From NCBI RefSeq assembly GCF_006345805.1, contig NC_043003.1, positions 103,664,001-103,728,000 on the forward strand: a DNA stretch of 64,000 nt, read 5' to 3'. The DNA comes from Octopus sinensis. Lineage: Eukaryota. Of the stretch, positions 27,408-40,877 are shown piece by piece. How positions within the stretch are numbered: the stretch's first letter is position 1; each line of letters begins with the position of its first letter. Under the pieces are notes generated by a model. It was not told the origin of the DNA, made no database searches, and saw only the letters and a program-made list of their open reading frames with translations. The position numbers and the translations under genes were made by a program.

Positions 27408-27447
<40 letters not shown>

Positions 27448-27493
27448 GTATGTATATACATATATATATATATAATATATATATGTATATACA

Positions 27494-28901
27494 TTTTTTT
27501 TTTCTAGTTTCAGCTCAGAGCTGCGGCCATGCTGATGCACTGCCGTTTTGTGCTACACTGTTATTACGACGAACCTCGTCTAATATGTGGCACTTGGTGA
27601 AGAATGGAGTTTGATACAGCTACTCTCATTTGCACCTCTTGCCGTGAGGTAGGTTCATCTGGGACTTTTGACAGGAAGATGTCCAGCTTTGATTTAAAAA
27701 CTGCTACATCTACTTTGTGCAAGTTCCTCAGACTCTTTGGGAGAATATTAAAAAGCTGTGGGCCCTTAAAACCCAGGCTGTTGCAGAAGCTGGTCCTGAA
27801 GCGTGGTGGCATTGCTGGGATCTTTGGCACTATGCAGTGTCGTCCCGTTCTAGCATTGGTGTAGCTTACAATGCCAAAATTTGGCACAATTCCTTCCAGG
27901 ATCTTCCAGACATATATTACTGCATACCTCTCCCGTCTTCTATCCAGGGAGTAGAGTCTTAGCTGTTTCAACCTTTCCCAGTAGCTGAGCTGTTGCAAAG
28001 AGACGATCTTCTTTGTGAATCTTCTCTGGATTGCTTCAAGGTCTGCTGTTAATTTTACACTGGTGGGTGAGCATAGCTGTGAGCAGTAATCCAGGCGACT
28101 GAGGACGAATGTCCGCCAGAGGACCATCATGGTTCCCTTATCTCTGGTTCTGAATGTTCTTAGGATCCACCCAGCCAGTCGTCTGCACTTTGTCGCCATC
28201 CTGGTAATGTGCACTTGTCCCAGACTTAGGCTCTGGGATTGAAATTCCCTGTGGACCGGTGTATCCTGTAAGTTTAATATTCAGTTTTGGATGCTGGTAG
28301 CGCAGGGCCTGGAATTTTTCAGCATTAAACTGCATATTATTATCCTCAGCCCATCTGTAGATTGAGTCCAACTCCTGCTGCAGGTGTGCAACATCGCTGG
28401 GGTTCTGTATTTTCTGCGAGACTTTCGTATCGTCTGCATAGCTGGCCAGAGTGGCTATCTGGGCATATCTGAGAGGGCCACTATAAAAAGCAGTGGTCCC
28501 AAGACAGTGCCCTGTGGAACACCGCTCACTATTTGTGTGTTCATAGAGGTGGCTCCATTAACCACTACTGCCTGACTCCTATCTGTCAGGAAGTCATGCA
28601 ACCACACTCCAAGTTTTCCAGCTATGCCGAGGTCACGTAGTTTGTGGCATATCATACCATGATCCACCTTGTCAAAAGCTTTTGCAAAATCAAGGTAGAT
28701 TACGTCCACATTTGATTTGTTGAGTAACTGCCTCAACACCCAGTCATAATGCTGTAAGAGCTGGGTCAGGCAGCTCCTACCTGGTCGAAAACCATGCTGG
28801 GTATTACTCAGCAAGTTATTTTCCTCAAGGAATGCGATTAGTTTCTTTCTGACTATCCGTTCCATGACTGCTGATGTGTGAAGTCAGAGAGATAGGCCTA
28901 T
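27494..28901 (-). mobile_element. 5'-truncated CR1-group LINE (RT and C-terminus), frameshifted
   Basis: QHGFRPGRSC, YLDFAKAFDKV, GVPQGTVLGP, SRLDYCSQL, RRERYAVI; tail CTGAAACTAG(A)n. Confidence 0.9.
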
Positions 28902-29045
28902 ACATATATATATAATATATATATGTATATATATACTTATATATATATAATATATATTTGTATATACATATATATATATAACATATATATGTATATACAT
29001 ATATATATAATATATATGCATATATATACATATATATATAATATA

Positions 29046-29088
<43 letters not shown>

Positions 29089-29219
29089 TATATAATATAT
29101 ATATGTATATACATATACATATATATATATACATATATATATAATATATATATATGTATATATATCTGTATATACACACACATATATATAATATATATCT
29201 GTATATATACATATATATA

Positions 29220-29378
29220 CTCTTTTACTTGTTTCAGTCATTTTATATCCATTCACAGGGCTTTGGTCGGCCCGAGGCTATAGTAGAAGACACTTGCCCA
29301 AGGTGCCACACAGTGGGACTGAACCCGGAACCATGTGGTTGGTAAACAAGCTACTTACCACATAGCCACTCCTGCACC
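29220..29378 (-). mobile_element. SINE family A, internally deleted
   Basis: Head and tail match 19026-19394. Confidence 0.75.
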
Positions 29379-29402
29379 TGTGACAAATGTTTGTCTTAAA
29401 TA

Positions 29403-30130
29403 TATATCTGTATATACACACACATATATATAATATATATCTGTATATACATATATTTATATATCTGTATATACATATATATATATATAATATATCTGTA
29501 TACACACACATATATATATAATATATATCTGTATATACACACATATATGTATATATATATAATATATATCTGTATATACACATATATATATATATATATA
29601 TATAATATATATCTGTATACACATATATATATATATATATATCTGTATATACATATATATATATAATATATCTGTATACACACATAATATATATATATAT
29701 CTGTATAACACACATATATATATATATAATATATCTGTATATACACATATATATATATATATATATATCTATATACATATATATATATATATATATCTGT
29801 ATATACACACATATATATATAATATATATATCTGTATATACACACACACATATATAAATATATATCGTATATACACACATATATATATATATAATATCTA
29901 TCTGTATATATATATATATTATATATATATATATCTGTATATATACATATATATATAATATATAATATATATATATATAATATATATATAATATATATAT
30001 ATATATATTATATATATAAATATATATGTATGTATAAATATATGTGTATGTCTATATATGTATATATATGGATTTACACACACACATGGATCAGACATGT
30101 AACTGTGCATGTGTACATTATATATGTGTG
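29403..30130. repeat. (TA)n-rich compound microsatellite with CTGTATATAC units
   Basis: Directly visible. Confidence 0.95.
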
Positions 30131-31262
30131 TCTAGTTATACACACATTTATATAGACACACTACATGACTTAAGGGGGAAATTTAAAATCTGAACTGACC
30201 AACGAATACGTAACGGACCGGTCCGTTTAATAGTTTAATGCAATCTCACTGGTTTGGCTGTCAACCTCCATGTCTTTCAAGGGAATGATTGGGAGTCGGA
30301 AGTAGCGGCGAACTAAAATTAGTGGGTGAAATGGGGACGTCGGAAACGGTGTTCGCGTGCGAAGCGCGTGTGGGAGGAGGCCCTTATAGCGACAGAAGTG
30401 TCGGAAATAAAGAAGGGTTCGACATGACGCGAACGTAGACAAAGACTTCTTTTTGTAGGGTTGTGTAGAGCAGGGAGGCTTGTTTCAGGAGGGGATGGTG
30501 ATAGTGTTGACGTTGGTGACAAATGTTTGTCTTAAATAGTGAGAGTAGAGGTGTTGATTGTGGTGTGGGTTTCTGTTTTTTTTGTTTTTTTTATAGGTGG
30601 TGTACGAGAAACGAAGGCCCTAGATGAGTCGGCGGTGCCTTTTATGCAGCATCACACCACTTCTACTACCGTCACACATCCGACCACGTACACCTCCACC
30701 ACCACCAACGGCGACACTTCTGTGCCGTCGTTCATGAAATAGTAGTCAAATTTCCCTCAAATTACGTGTCACCGTCTGAAAGAAAGACAGGAGACATTGG
30801 ATAAATGCAATTTCAGATATCAGAGAAGTGGGAAATATACATATAAATAAATAGACGAAATAGTCATGGCTGGAAAAATGCCTTTGATCTATAAGGTCTA
30901 CTACTCAATAAAGGCAGATTTAAACTCTAAGCGACAGCAGACACCAACATTATTTAGCTGTCACCATACCCAAAACGCTTCTCGTGAGAAAGAAACAATA
31001 CGAAGTATATATTGAAATCTCTTCGCTGACGTAACTACCACCAGAATATTTAATTGTCATCATCGCCATCTTTTGTTGCCATCATATCAATTAATATGGT
31101 TTAGAGACGAATTGAGGGGACGGGGGCAAGAACTTTACTTGCTGCTGCTACGACCGCCGCCACTACAACTGCAATGAAGTTTACCATCTTCTACTTCCAT
31201 CTCTCTCGAACACTTTTTTAGAGAGTCTTCGAGTGTTTTCAATATAAGACGAAGAATTTACA

Positions 31263-31568
31263 GGTACTACTAGTGAACAGTGGTCTCGGTGCGCGCACAC
31301 GCGCAGCTGCGCATCCGCGCTAGCTAGTCATGACTAGTCGATCCTGACTTTGTGTTTTTTTGTGTTATTTACTTTGTTTAAAAAATTATTTACTTTGTGT
31401 TTTATTTACTTAGTTTAACAAAAATTATTTACTTTGTGTAAAAAAATTATTTATTTTGTTTTATTTTCTTTGCTAGGTAGTCGTTTTAGGATCGACTACT
31501 TACGACTAGCTAGCGCGGGTGCGTGACTGCGCGTGTGCGCACCGGGACCACTGTTCGCTAGTAGCACC
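31263..31568. mobile_element. Mutator (MULE)-type MITE
   Basis: ~80-bp imperfect TIRs starting GGT(A/G)CTACTAG; 9-bp TSD GAATTTACA at 31254-31262 and 31569-31577. Confidence 0.85.
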
Positions 31569-31847
31569 GAATTTACAAAGAAAAAAGCTTCCCCTCTCAC
31601 CCCGGTAACAAAATAAATGATATATTGCTTTTAGGTTTTTTAATCATTTTTTACGCAAAAGTATTTGTAGAAATCAAAGTCCATTGTTTTATTGTCGCAG
31701 TCTTAAGTGTTTTGTGGTGATTCAAAGTAAAATCTTGCGAAAAACTATTGAACAGTTTAGTACACGTTGTTTGTGTATGCAGTGTTAGCGGCATTATTGC
31801 ATATGACAAGCTGTATAATGATGTAACGTCCTTACATTATTAATATT

Positions 31848-32118
31848 AAGGCGGCGAGCTGGCAGAAACGTTAGCGCGCCGGGCGAAATGCTTAGCGGTA
31901 TTTCGGCTGCCGTTACGTTCTTAGTTCAAATTCCGCCGAGGTCGACTTTGCATTACGACGGGCTTCTTTCAGTTTCCGTCTACCAAATCCACTCACAAGG
32001 CTTTGGTCGGCTTGAGGCTATGGTAGAAGACACTTGCCCAAGGTGTCACGCAGTGGGACTGAACCCGGAACCATGTGGTTGGTAAGCAAGCTACTTACCA
32101 CACAGCCACTCCTACGCC
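31848..32118. mobile_element. SINE B 5' half (+) fused to SINE A 5' half (-)
   Basis: Junction GTCGACTTTGC|ATTACGACGGGC near 31952. Confidence 0.75.
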
Positions 32119-32122
32119 TATA

Positions 32123-32594
32123 TTGATAGAATTTTACAAATGTCTATCTACTGACAAATTTCCATGTATGAAGAAATCTGCTGGGAAAATGTTTTATATT
32201 TTTGGATCCACATATATTTGGGAGCAAAGATTTTCTTGCATGAAAATCAACAAGAGTAGAAATAGGTCTTCTGTGACTGACATAAACTTGCAGGCAGTGA
32301 TGAGGATCTCAACATGCAACCTCACTCCTCAATTGTAAGTGTAATAGGTTACATTTGTCTCATTAAATTACTTGTGCTGGTTGATGAGTAATTTTCACAT
32401 AAATTTAATGACCTTTTCTGTATACCATCATTGTTTTAGTTTTATTTATTAATTATTATTATGTAATTTACACTTCGCATTAAATGAAATGTAATGTTTA
32501 CTAATGGATACGATCAGTTTTAGAAAGTGTGGTCCTCTGCTAACCACGGCCCTCTCAAAGTGGCCCCTGAACCAAAACAATTGCCCACCCCTAG
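32123..32594 (+). mobile_element. hAT (Charlie/SPIN-like) transposon 3' remnant
   Basis: FGSTYIWEQRFSCMKINKSRNRSSVTD...MRIST dimerisation domain; terminus TTGCCCACCCCTAG. Confidence 0.85.
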
Positions 32595-33097
32595 TTTCGC
32601 AGGATCTTATGGGTACGAGGACTGTATCATGCTTCAACGTCTGCTTAGACATGGTTTCCACTGACGGATCTCCTTCCTAATGTCATGTGTGTGGGACAGT
32701 GGGACCAAGACTGTAGGTGAGTGGAAGTTGGAAGAGAATGTATGGGAGTGAGATTGGCTAAGCTTGTAAGGTGGAAGTAATGAATAATGGATAAGAGGCG
32801 GATGATGAGCAACGATGCATGAGTTGGGAGAGTAGGAGATGACTGCCAGTGCAGAAAAACAGATATTGATTTATATAAAATACATGTAATCTGTGTTGTC
32901 TATACTAATTTGGGGAGGGCATGGATAGTGTCAAATGAAACAATTGTTCTATGGGCTATGGAAATGAGTGAGGCATTGTATACGAAATAATCTTAGAATA
33001 TGATGCCTTATAAAGTTATTGCAAATTAGGTAATATTTTCGAAAATTATAGCTGATATCAACTGTTTGTGAGTTTTGTATAGGTATGTTTTGGCATA

Positions 33098-33438
33098 TCT
33101 CTCTATATATAAATGGCAAGATGTCTGTGTGTGTGTGTCTTTTATACAAATCCACAATTTTTCAGTTAGAGGGCTTGCACTTTCTATGGTCATTCAAAAC
33201 CGTCCAAGGGTGGTCGTGCACATCTTTACATTTCCCCAGTCATCACGCAAAGCCATTAAAAAATCAATAGAAGTGACTCTTTTGTGAATTTTCTATCCAA
33301 AACCCAATCAAAATGCCTGAAACTTGATACGCCAATTGAATGACAGCTAGTTGTATGTGATTGGTTGGAGATTTGGACAGTGCTCACGTGTATGTGCGCA
33401 TGCACGCAGCTGTATATGCATGCACTAGCACTATGACC
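33098..33438 (+). mobile_element. Non-autonomous Helitron, truncated at the 3' hairpin
   Basis: A|TCTCTCTATATATAAATG 5' end; body matches 2424-2618. Confidence 0.75.
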
Positions 33439-33680
33439 TGTGCGATGACATGTGTAAAAGATTCGAGCGAGGTCATTGCCAGTACCACCTGACTGGCCCC
33501 ATGCCGGTGGCACGTAAAAGCACCCACTCTCGGAGTGGTTGGCGTTAGGAAAGGCATCCAGCTGTAGAAACTCTGCCAGATCAAGATTGGAACCTGTTGC
33601 AGCCATCTGGTTCGCCAGCCCTCAGTCATACGTCCAACCCATGCTAGCATGGAAAGCGGATGTTAAACGATGATGATGAT
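33439..33680 (+). mobile_element. RTE LINE 3' UTR fragment
   Basis: Ends GTTAAACGATGATGAT. Confidence 0.8.
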
Positions 33681-33696
33681 ATATATACACATAGAA

Positions 33697-33731
<35 letters not shown>

Positions 33732-33894
33732 TATATGATTATCAACTTGTGTTATAAGATTTCTGATGTGAAATCGTGTGTTGAAACTGATACTGTTGTA
33801 TTTCAGGATAGTCAGTGGTGGTGGTGGTGGGAGAAAATAGCCATCTCAAAATACAACAATATATATAGGGGTGCACAGTCTGAAATTCTGCCAG

Positions 33895-33929
<35 letters not shown>

Positions 33930-34026
33930 GCATTTGAACTGAAAACAATAATAATCATGATTTCTTTCATTTGCCACCAAGGCGAAGGATGAAGGGAACA
34001 ATAATAATAACAATAATAATAATAAT

Positions 34027-34578
34027 CCTGATGCAGTACCAGGCAGTGGCTCTCATGGCTTCTGGTCTTAACTGATTGGAAGTGTTATCATGTACATTGT
34101 TTTGTCTTGGTATAAAAGATGGGCTACAGCAAATATTCTGCTCAATACCACAGATTTGCTTGTCAGTTGTTTGACCTTAACCAGTTGAGCATGTCCCTTA
34201 GTGGCTGACGATATGTGCATCTCTGATCACGAGCAGAAGTAGTGGGGGAGCATCAGAGCCATGTGTTGAGAAGGATTCTTTGGGGTTTGAATAATTCACC
34301 CCTGGAAACATGGGTGTTTCATTCAACGTCCTTAAACAACCCTTATTCAGGGACCTTTTGAGTGGGATGGGTTACTCGATCTGAAGAAAATTCTAACTGG
34401 GCTCCACCTGCAAGGTCATGTGCTGTTTATCTTGATATGAGATCACCATGTCGCGCACATATGGTTGTGATGCATGTGCCTAGTGTACCCTTATCAGACG
34501 GGTAGTCATGATGGGTATACTGGGCTTCGTATATTTTACCCCAGTGTCACTTTGATGGCATGCTCTGCTCACTCACTC
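34027..34578. mobile_element. Non-coding ~550-bp element between (TAA)n tracts
   Basis: Complex sequence with sharp boundaries against (TAA)n on both sides; element status inferred. Confidence 0.45.
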
Positions 34579-34606
<28 letters not shown>

Positions 34607-34609
<3 letters not shown>

Positions 34610-35017
34610 GAATTTGACAAGATCAGTAAATATAAAGACTTGCTAATAGAAATTGAAATAATGTGGCATCTCAAGGCAACTACAGTACCAGTGATTGTAG
34701 GAGCTCTAGGAATGATAAAAAAAGGTACTGAAACCTATTTGGAAATGATACCAGGCTTACCATCCCTACAAGAAATGCAAAAAATCGTGTTAACAGGAAC
34801 GGCTCATATACTGAGAAGAGCATTACCGCTGTGAATACAACATCCATTCATGAATTTATTTATTTATTAATTTTTTTAAATATATATTTTACTTGTGAAA
34901 TATGCGTGTGTAATTTGGTAATGCATACAATGAGCTTCTTCTCTGCCCTAGGTGTATGGAAAACACTCGGCGAGAAACAGAAGAAAATTTGAAGAAAGAA
35001 GAAATAATAATAATAAT
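34607..35017 (+). mobile_element. R4/Dong-clade retrotransposon 3' end inserted in (TAA)n
   Basis: KISKYKDLLIEIEIMW...VPVIVGALG...QKIVLTGTAHILRRAL*, 3' UTR ending in (TAA)n. Confidence 0.85.
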
Positions 35018-35509
35018 CTCCCCGACTACCACCATCTCTACTACTACTCTTACAACCATTAATATCCACCCACGTCTTTGTCTAAAACAATTTCAGTAAT
35101 TGTAAAGAAATCAAAACTGTCTGATCTGTTTGGTTGGTGTCAAAATTAGTTTCAGTTTCTGATCTTATCGCCATATCCGACAGCTATATCCACCCACTTT
35201 TTTTCTGTCCTGTACTCTTGCTTATACCCACCCCCACCGTGCCTCAGTGTTCTTCCTTCCCCTACTGCGTTTGCTCTTTGCTCCACGTCACTATTTCGTT
35301 CTCATTTCTCTCTCTTCAGATTTTTTCTATTCTGTCATCTTCTTTTCCTTAACTCACTCTTTCTCTTTCACTATCTATCCATCTTTGTCTCTGATCCTGC
35401 CGCTTTCGTTCTCTCTCTCTCTCTCTCTCTCTCTGTGACCTTGATTTCTTTCTTTCTTCCTCGCATTTTCTCTCTCCATATATATATTACACGTATATAG
35501 ATATATATT

Positions 35510-36040
35510 CTTTGCTTTTACTTGTTGATTGTGGCCATTATGGAGCACCGCCTTAAAGGGTGTTAGTCAAAGAAATCGACCGCAGGACTTATTCTTTGTA
35601 AGCCTAGTACTTTTTCTATCGGTCTCTTGTTGAACCGCTAAGTGACAGCGACATAAGCACACCAGCATCAGCTGTCAAGCGATGGCATGGGGGTCAAACA
35701 CACACACATATATACGACGGGCTTCTTTCAGTTTCCGTCTACCAAATACACTCAGAAGGCTTCAGTTGGTCTGAAGCTGAAGACATTTGGTGGTTGGGAA
35801 GCAAGCTTCTTACCACACAGCCATGCCTGTGCCTATGCATTCTTTTTTCTTTTACTTGTTTCAGTCATTTTGACTGTGGTCATTTTGAAGCACTACCTTA
35901 AAGAATTTTAGTGGAACAAATTGACCCCAGTACCTATTTCTTAAGCCTAGTACTTATTGTGTCGGTTTCTTTTTCTTAACCGCTAAGTTACAGGGACATA
36001 AACACCAACACCAGTTGTCAAACGGTGATGGGGCTACAGA
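35510..36040 (-). mobile_element. Two decayed SINE family A copies
   Basis: GAACCGCTAAG, CCTAGTAC and GGCTTCTTTCAGTTTCCGTCTACC motifs. Confidence 0.7.
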
Positions 36041-36751
36041 CAAAGACACAAATATATATGTGCATTAAATACTACAAAACGTACACATAGGACAGATACG
36101 AGGACCCAAATCCTTCATCAGTTATCAACCAAAAATACTAACACCCATTTTTGTGCCTTTAACAATAAGACTGGGAACTTCATATATCGGCAGCACCCAG
36201 AAGATTTGCGTAAAATTAGGGCTAAAGTGAACAAAACAATACAGGGTGGATGTACGAAAGCAAACAAATATAATTTGAAACGATAGACAATAAATAATGC
36301 CTTATGGTGAAACACGAGAAAGATAGTTTAATGCCTGGAAGAAGTCCTCAAATGGATACAAAGAAGAAAAAGTTGACCGGCACGCTAGGTGTCTGGTGGC
36401 GAACAGGCAGAGAAAATAAAGAATCAGTCATGGATCATGTGTGGGCAACAGATAGAAGGGAAGGAGGATGAGAGAGAGAGAGAGAGAACAGGGGAAGTCT
36501 ACAATTATGTGTGAGAAGACTAAAGCGAGGGAGAGAAGAAGTAGGGATGCTAGAAAAGGAATATTATATATATATATATATATAAGTAGGTGAATGAATT
36601 ATCCTATGTTTATCATCAGCATAATGCATCCTTTATTCCTTTGGAATGAAAACATGCTGTCTTCGAAACATGTGTCGAGAGTAAAGGAATTTTGTTATCT
36701 TCGTTCGACTCCATTCTTTCATTTATTCATATATATATATATATATATATA

Positions 36752-37480
36752 CTAGCAGAGATAATCAGTATTGCTCGGGATTAAAACTGCATAGTTTGTA
36801 AATATATATATATATATTACTGTTATTTGAAACAGGTGATGCAGGAAAGTGCAGCATTGATGACAAAACATTTGTGGAGTAAATTTTAAAGCTTTGCATA
36901 AACAACAATTTGAGTTTAGCACACCAATTTGGAAAGAATTGTAATTTTTATAATAATGGGATGGATCATATCTGAAAGCAGCTCCAGGTGTTGTGAAGAA
37001 TAAAGTTGTACATGGTCTGTTCCTGAGAGCTATTCTATTGGATCTCTGTGTAATCTGGCATGCTAAACATCGTCTTAATGATTCAGCATTAAGTGCTGCA
37101 GCATGGCCTTTGCTGACGTTGAGAAAGTCTCCTCTCCCTTCTCTCTTGAGACTGCATCCGACGTGCTGAAGCATGCATTTGGTGATCTTTGGAAAGTGTC
37201 CTGACCCTTCTCTATTGAGACTCCATCTAATATGCTGCATCATGCCTTTGTTGATCTTGAGAAAGTTTCATCTCCCTTATCTCTTGAGACTTTCGTCTTC
37301 AGTTTTCTGCACTCTTCCTTGGTTTATAGATGTTTCTGGAGAGATTACATTTTATTTGGTGGCCTGTATTTTTGTAAGCAGTTGTATGTATGCAGTATGT
37401 CTATATTTTTGTATGCAGTGCAAATTAAGCAAGTATAAGAAAATTGTAAGTACCTTACAACTGCTGTGATAATTATGAAC
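36752..37480 (-). mobile_element. Helitron derivative retaining a RepHel N-terminal remnant
   Basis: Ends CTAG|T at 36752; ~60-bp repeats encoding ES.ERR..RL..D...HA; AAFRYDP...IGVLNSNCCLCKALKF. The 5' end is uncertain. Confidence 0.7.
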
Positions 37481-38685
37481 TGTTAATTGAACAGTAGTTA
37501 TGTATTTTTATATAAATTGGACCGGCCACGTAATTGTTTTTTGTTAAGAGTTTCACCTCCAGCCATTCTTGTCACATATGCATATGTATGTGTGTTTTTA
37601 ACAACGTACATAATGGGTGTGTAAACACACACACACACACAAACTCACACATTCACACACATCTACACATTCATATACAAAATGCTACGATACAAATACA
37701 TGCACTCTCACATACAGTCACATACATATAGTAAGAGAGAGATACATACATTCATGCATGTCAGTTGTCACATGTGTATATGTATGTGTAGAAGTGTGTG
37801 TGTGTGTGTGTGTGTTTAATAACATACCTAACATGGAAAAAAACAGTCGGAGAGACATACACACTCATACACCCACACACATACACTTACAGACACATAC
37901 ACACTCATATCTGTGACGTCGTTGTCATGGTATAAAATGTCCTTTACTATCTCATACATATCAAACATGCAAACACACACACAGACACATACACACTTAC
38001 ATAAAATCTCTTCTACTATGGTTGACTATAGAAAGATTATGTGTATGAAATGTTATATTGTTTTAATTGAAATGAAAAAAGTTGACATGTTGACAGTCAT
38101 GGGGTGTAATACTATATAAGCAGAGAGAGACACACAGACATTCATGCATGTCATGCATGTCAGTCGTCACATAAGTATATGTAGGTATAGATGTGTGTTG
38201 AATAACGTGCCTAACACATACATACTCATATACAAAATGTAACATTGTCAAACGTGGAAACACACACACTGACACATGCACACTTATACACTCACACACA
38301 TACACTGACAGACACATACAAAGTCATATACAAAATGTGACGTAGTGGTGGTGGTGGTATAAAATATCTTGTACTATATTTGAGTATGGAAAGATTATCT
38401 CTATAAAATGTTGTATTGTTTTAATGGAAATGAAAAAGAAATTACATGTTGACACTCATGGGGTGTGATACTATTACCTTGTAAAATTTGATTTGATTTG
38501 GTGGAGCCATTTGAGAATGCACTGGGAACAGATAGATAGACAGAGAGACAAAGAATTTTAAATATATAGATCATAGTTTCTCAAAGTGGGCGATATTGCC
38601 CACCGGTGGGCAATTTCAACTGACATTCCACAATCTGGCTGTCATGGGATGCCACTCAATTATAGCAATAATGGCGCAAGAGCCA

Positions 38686-38904
38686 TTACATACAAAAGCG
38701 GGGAGAGCAGACACCTTGACGAACCGAGCATCTGATGCTGAACAGCTTAGACAGAAAGTCATTCACCTGAACTACTAAGTGGATGTTATAAATCTGAATG
38801 ATCCACCTGAGGAAGCCAAGACCCAGGCTGAACTGCGGCATAACGGACCCCAGGTAATGATGGCTGACCCTATCAAAAGCTTTTGATTGGTTTAAATGGA
38901 CCAC
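38686..38904 (-). pseudogene. Tx1/L1-clade reverse transcriptase remnant
   Basis: QSKAFDRVSHHYL...GFLRWI...VN..LS..FSI..SVRQG. Confidence 0.75.
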
Positions 38905-39250
38905 TGCCCCCTCCCTTGCCAGAGTTGATGATAGCAGCCTTCATATTTGAGATGTAGAAGGTAGATTTTGTTGGTCAAAAGTATTAGTATTAAATTTTTA
39001 TTTTTATAACTGGAAGATACCAATTTAAATTTTAAATTATGATTTTTTTTTTACAACTGTAAATGTCTATTTATTGTAGGTTAAATGTGTACAGGTTCAA
39101 ATTCTAAGAAACCAATTTATCAATCGTTTAATGTATAATATATGTTGCGTAAATATGTTTATAATAAAAAATATTTTAATTTATCTAGCAATGTATTTAT
39201 AGTTGTTTCCTTATTTTGATATTGTTACTATAAATAATAAATAATAGACA

Positions 39251-39970
39251 CTAATGTAAATATTTATTCCATCTTTTATAATATTTAAAAGTTTTATAGA
39301 ATTTATGTCTACATGTTGAAAACACTTCTGATTGATGATTTATTAAGTTCTTTTGACTATACAGTAAAATATACAGTGATTCTTTTGTAAAGAGACGGCA
39401 AATAGTAGACTTATGTGTGTATGGTGTAGCAGAATCTATTATTGACCAATCTAATCTATAGTTAACTTTATTTTGTTTCAATTTATGTATATAGGTAGCT
39501 AATGAAGTATTATTACTATTTATATAAGGCTTAAAGGAATGTATGTGTGCTAAAAATCTTTACTTAAAACTAACAGAACTCTCTAGGTATACCATATTAC
39601 TTAAACTATCTGTTAATGTAACTATGCACTTGTATATCATGTTGAATCTTCTACATTTACCTTCTAAAGAGCATGATTCTTTATTTTTACATGAGCAATT
39701 TTTATTTTTATGTTTCTGTTCAGGGGTATATTATTTAATATTATTATGATTATTTGTTATGGTGCTTGACATTATCATTGAATTTGGTGTAGTCTTATTT
39801 ATCTTGGAATTAGATATATTTACTATTTGTGAATTATTATTACTATTAGTTTGTATTACCTGAGGCATATTGTATATTTTCAAATATATGGTTGTTAGAA
39901 TTTTGCTCTATTGATATCATTGCTGTGTTCTAGTATTTTGAGCATTATCTGGAATCTTAGCGCTACTGTT
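39251..39970 (-). pseudogene. Penelope-like element, GIY-YIG remnant
   Basis: CSCKNKESCSLEGKC...IYKC, FK*RFLAHIHSFK...TSLATYIHKLK...W.II...ICRL...SEVFSTCRHK. Confidence 0.8.
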
Positions 39971-40000
39971 TATTTCATAAATATATATATATATATATAT

Positions 40001-40877
40001 ATTATATTGAGGGTACTACTATTCGTAGATACCAACACGCTAAGAGGGACCAATGCGGTCAAAACTACTAAAAATAAACAAAATTTTACCAAATGCAAAA
40101 CTTCAAAACACATCATTTTAAAAAAGAATTCAGTTACATATCACATGTGATTTCGCATTTAAATGCAGAATATGCATTTTATGTTCATCAGTGCAACAAA
40201 CTCAAGAAATATAAGAGAAAACATAACATTACAAGCTCGATAGCCAACCGTAGAATTCGTCGTAGCATGTCCGAATGTTTATCTTTACATATCTATGAAA
40301 ATGGCGGGCTTATTCGCAATGCATTTCGGTAACAAATTGTCTATTCGGAATAAAAATTCAGTATTGAACTATTCCGGTGAAATATATAAATTAACAATTG
40401 AGGATAAAATCTTTAAAAGAAATTATCAGTAGTCAGCGTGAAAAACCTCGTAAGAGAAAAAATCGTAAATTCTTCCTCTTTGAAAATATTCATTTATATT
40501 ATATTGAGGGTACTACTATTCGTAGATACCAACACGCTAAGAGGGACCAATGCGGTCAAAACTACTAAAAATAAACAAAATTTTACCGAATGCAAAACTT
40601 CAAAACACATCATTTTAAAAAAGAATTCAGTTACATATCACATGTGATTTCGCATTTAAATGCGAAGTTTTGCATTCGGTAAAATTTTGTTTATTTTTAG
40701 TAGTTTTGACCGCATTGGTCCCTCTTAGCGTGTTGGTATCTACGAATAGTAGTACCCTCAATATAATATAAATGAATATTTTCAAAGAGGAAGAATTTAC
40801 GGATTTTTTCTCTTACGAGGTTTTTCACGCTGACTACTGATAATTTCTTTTAAAGATTTTATCCTCAATTGTTAATT

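Larger units (their letters stand above)
26331..27409 (+). mobile_element. Non-coding tandem-plus-inverted element (585-nt unit) with two hammerheads
   Basis: 26331-26457 is the reverse complement of 26800-26927; 26433-26799 is the reverse complement of 27045-27409; direct repeat at 26800 and 27385. Confidence 0.85.

Noticed and set aside
36645-36690. CGAAACATGTGTC hammerhead-like 3' half
   Set aside because: No CUGANGA-like core or clean stem II upstream.
40529-40570. Plus-strand CTAAGAG-GGACC..GGTC-AAAAC hammerhead look-alike
   Set aside because: Two core defects and no stem I; the convincing motif is on the minus strand.
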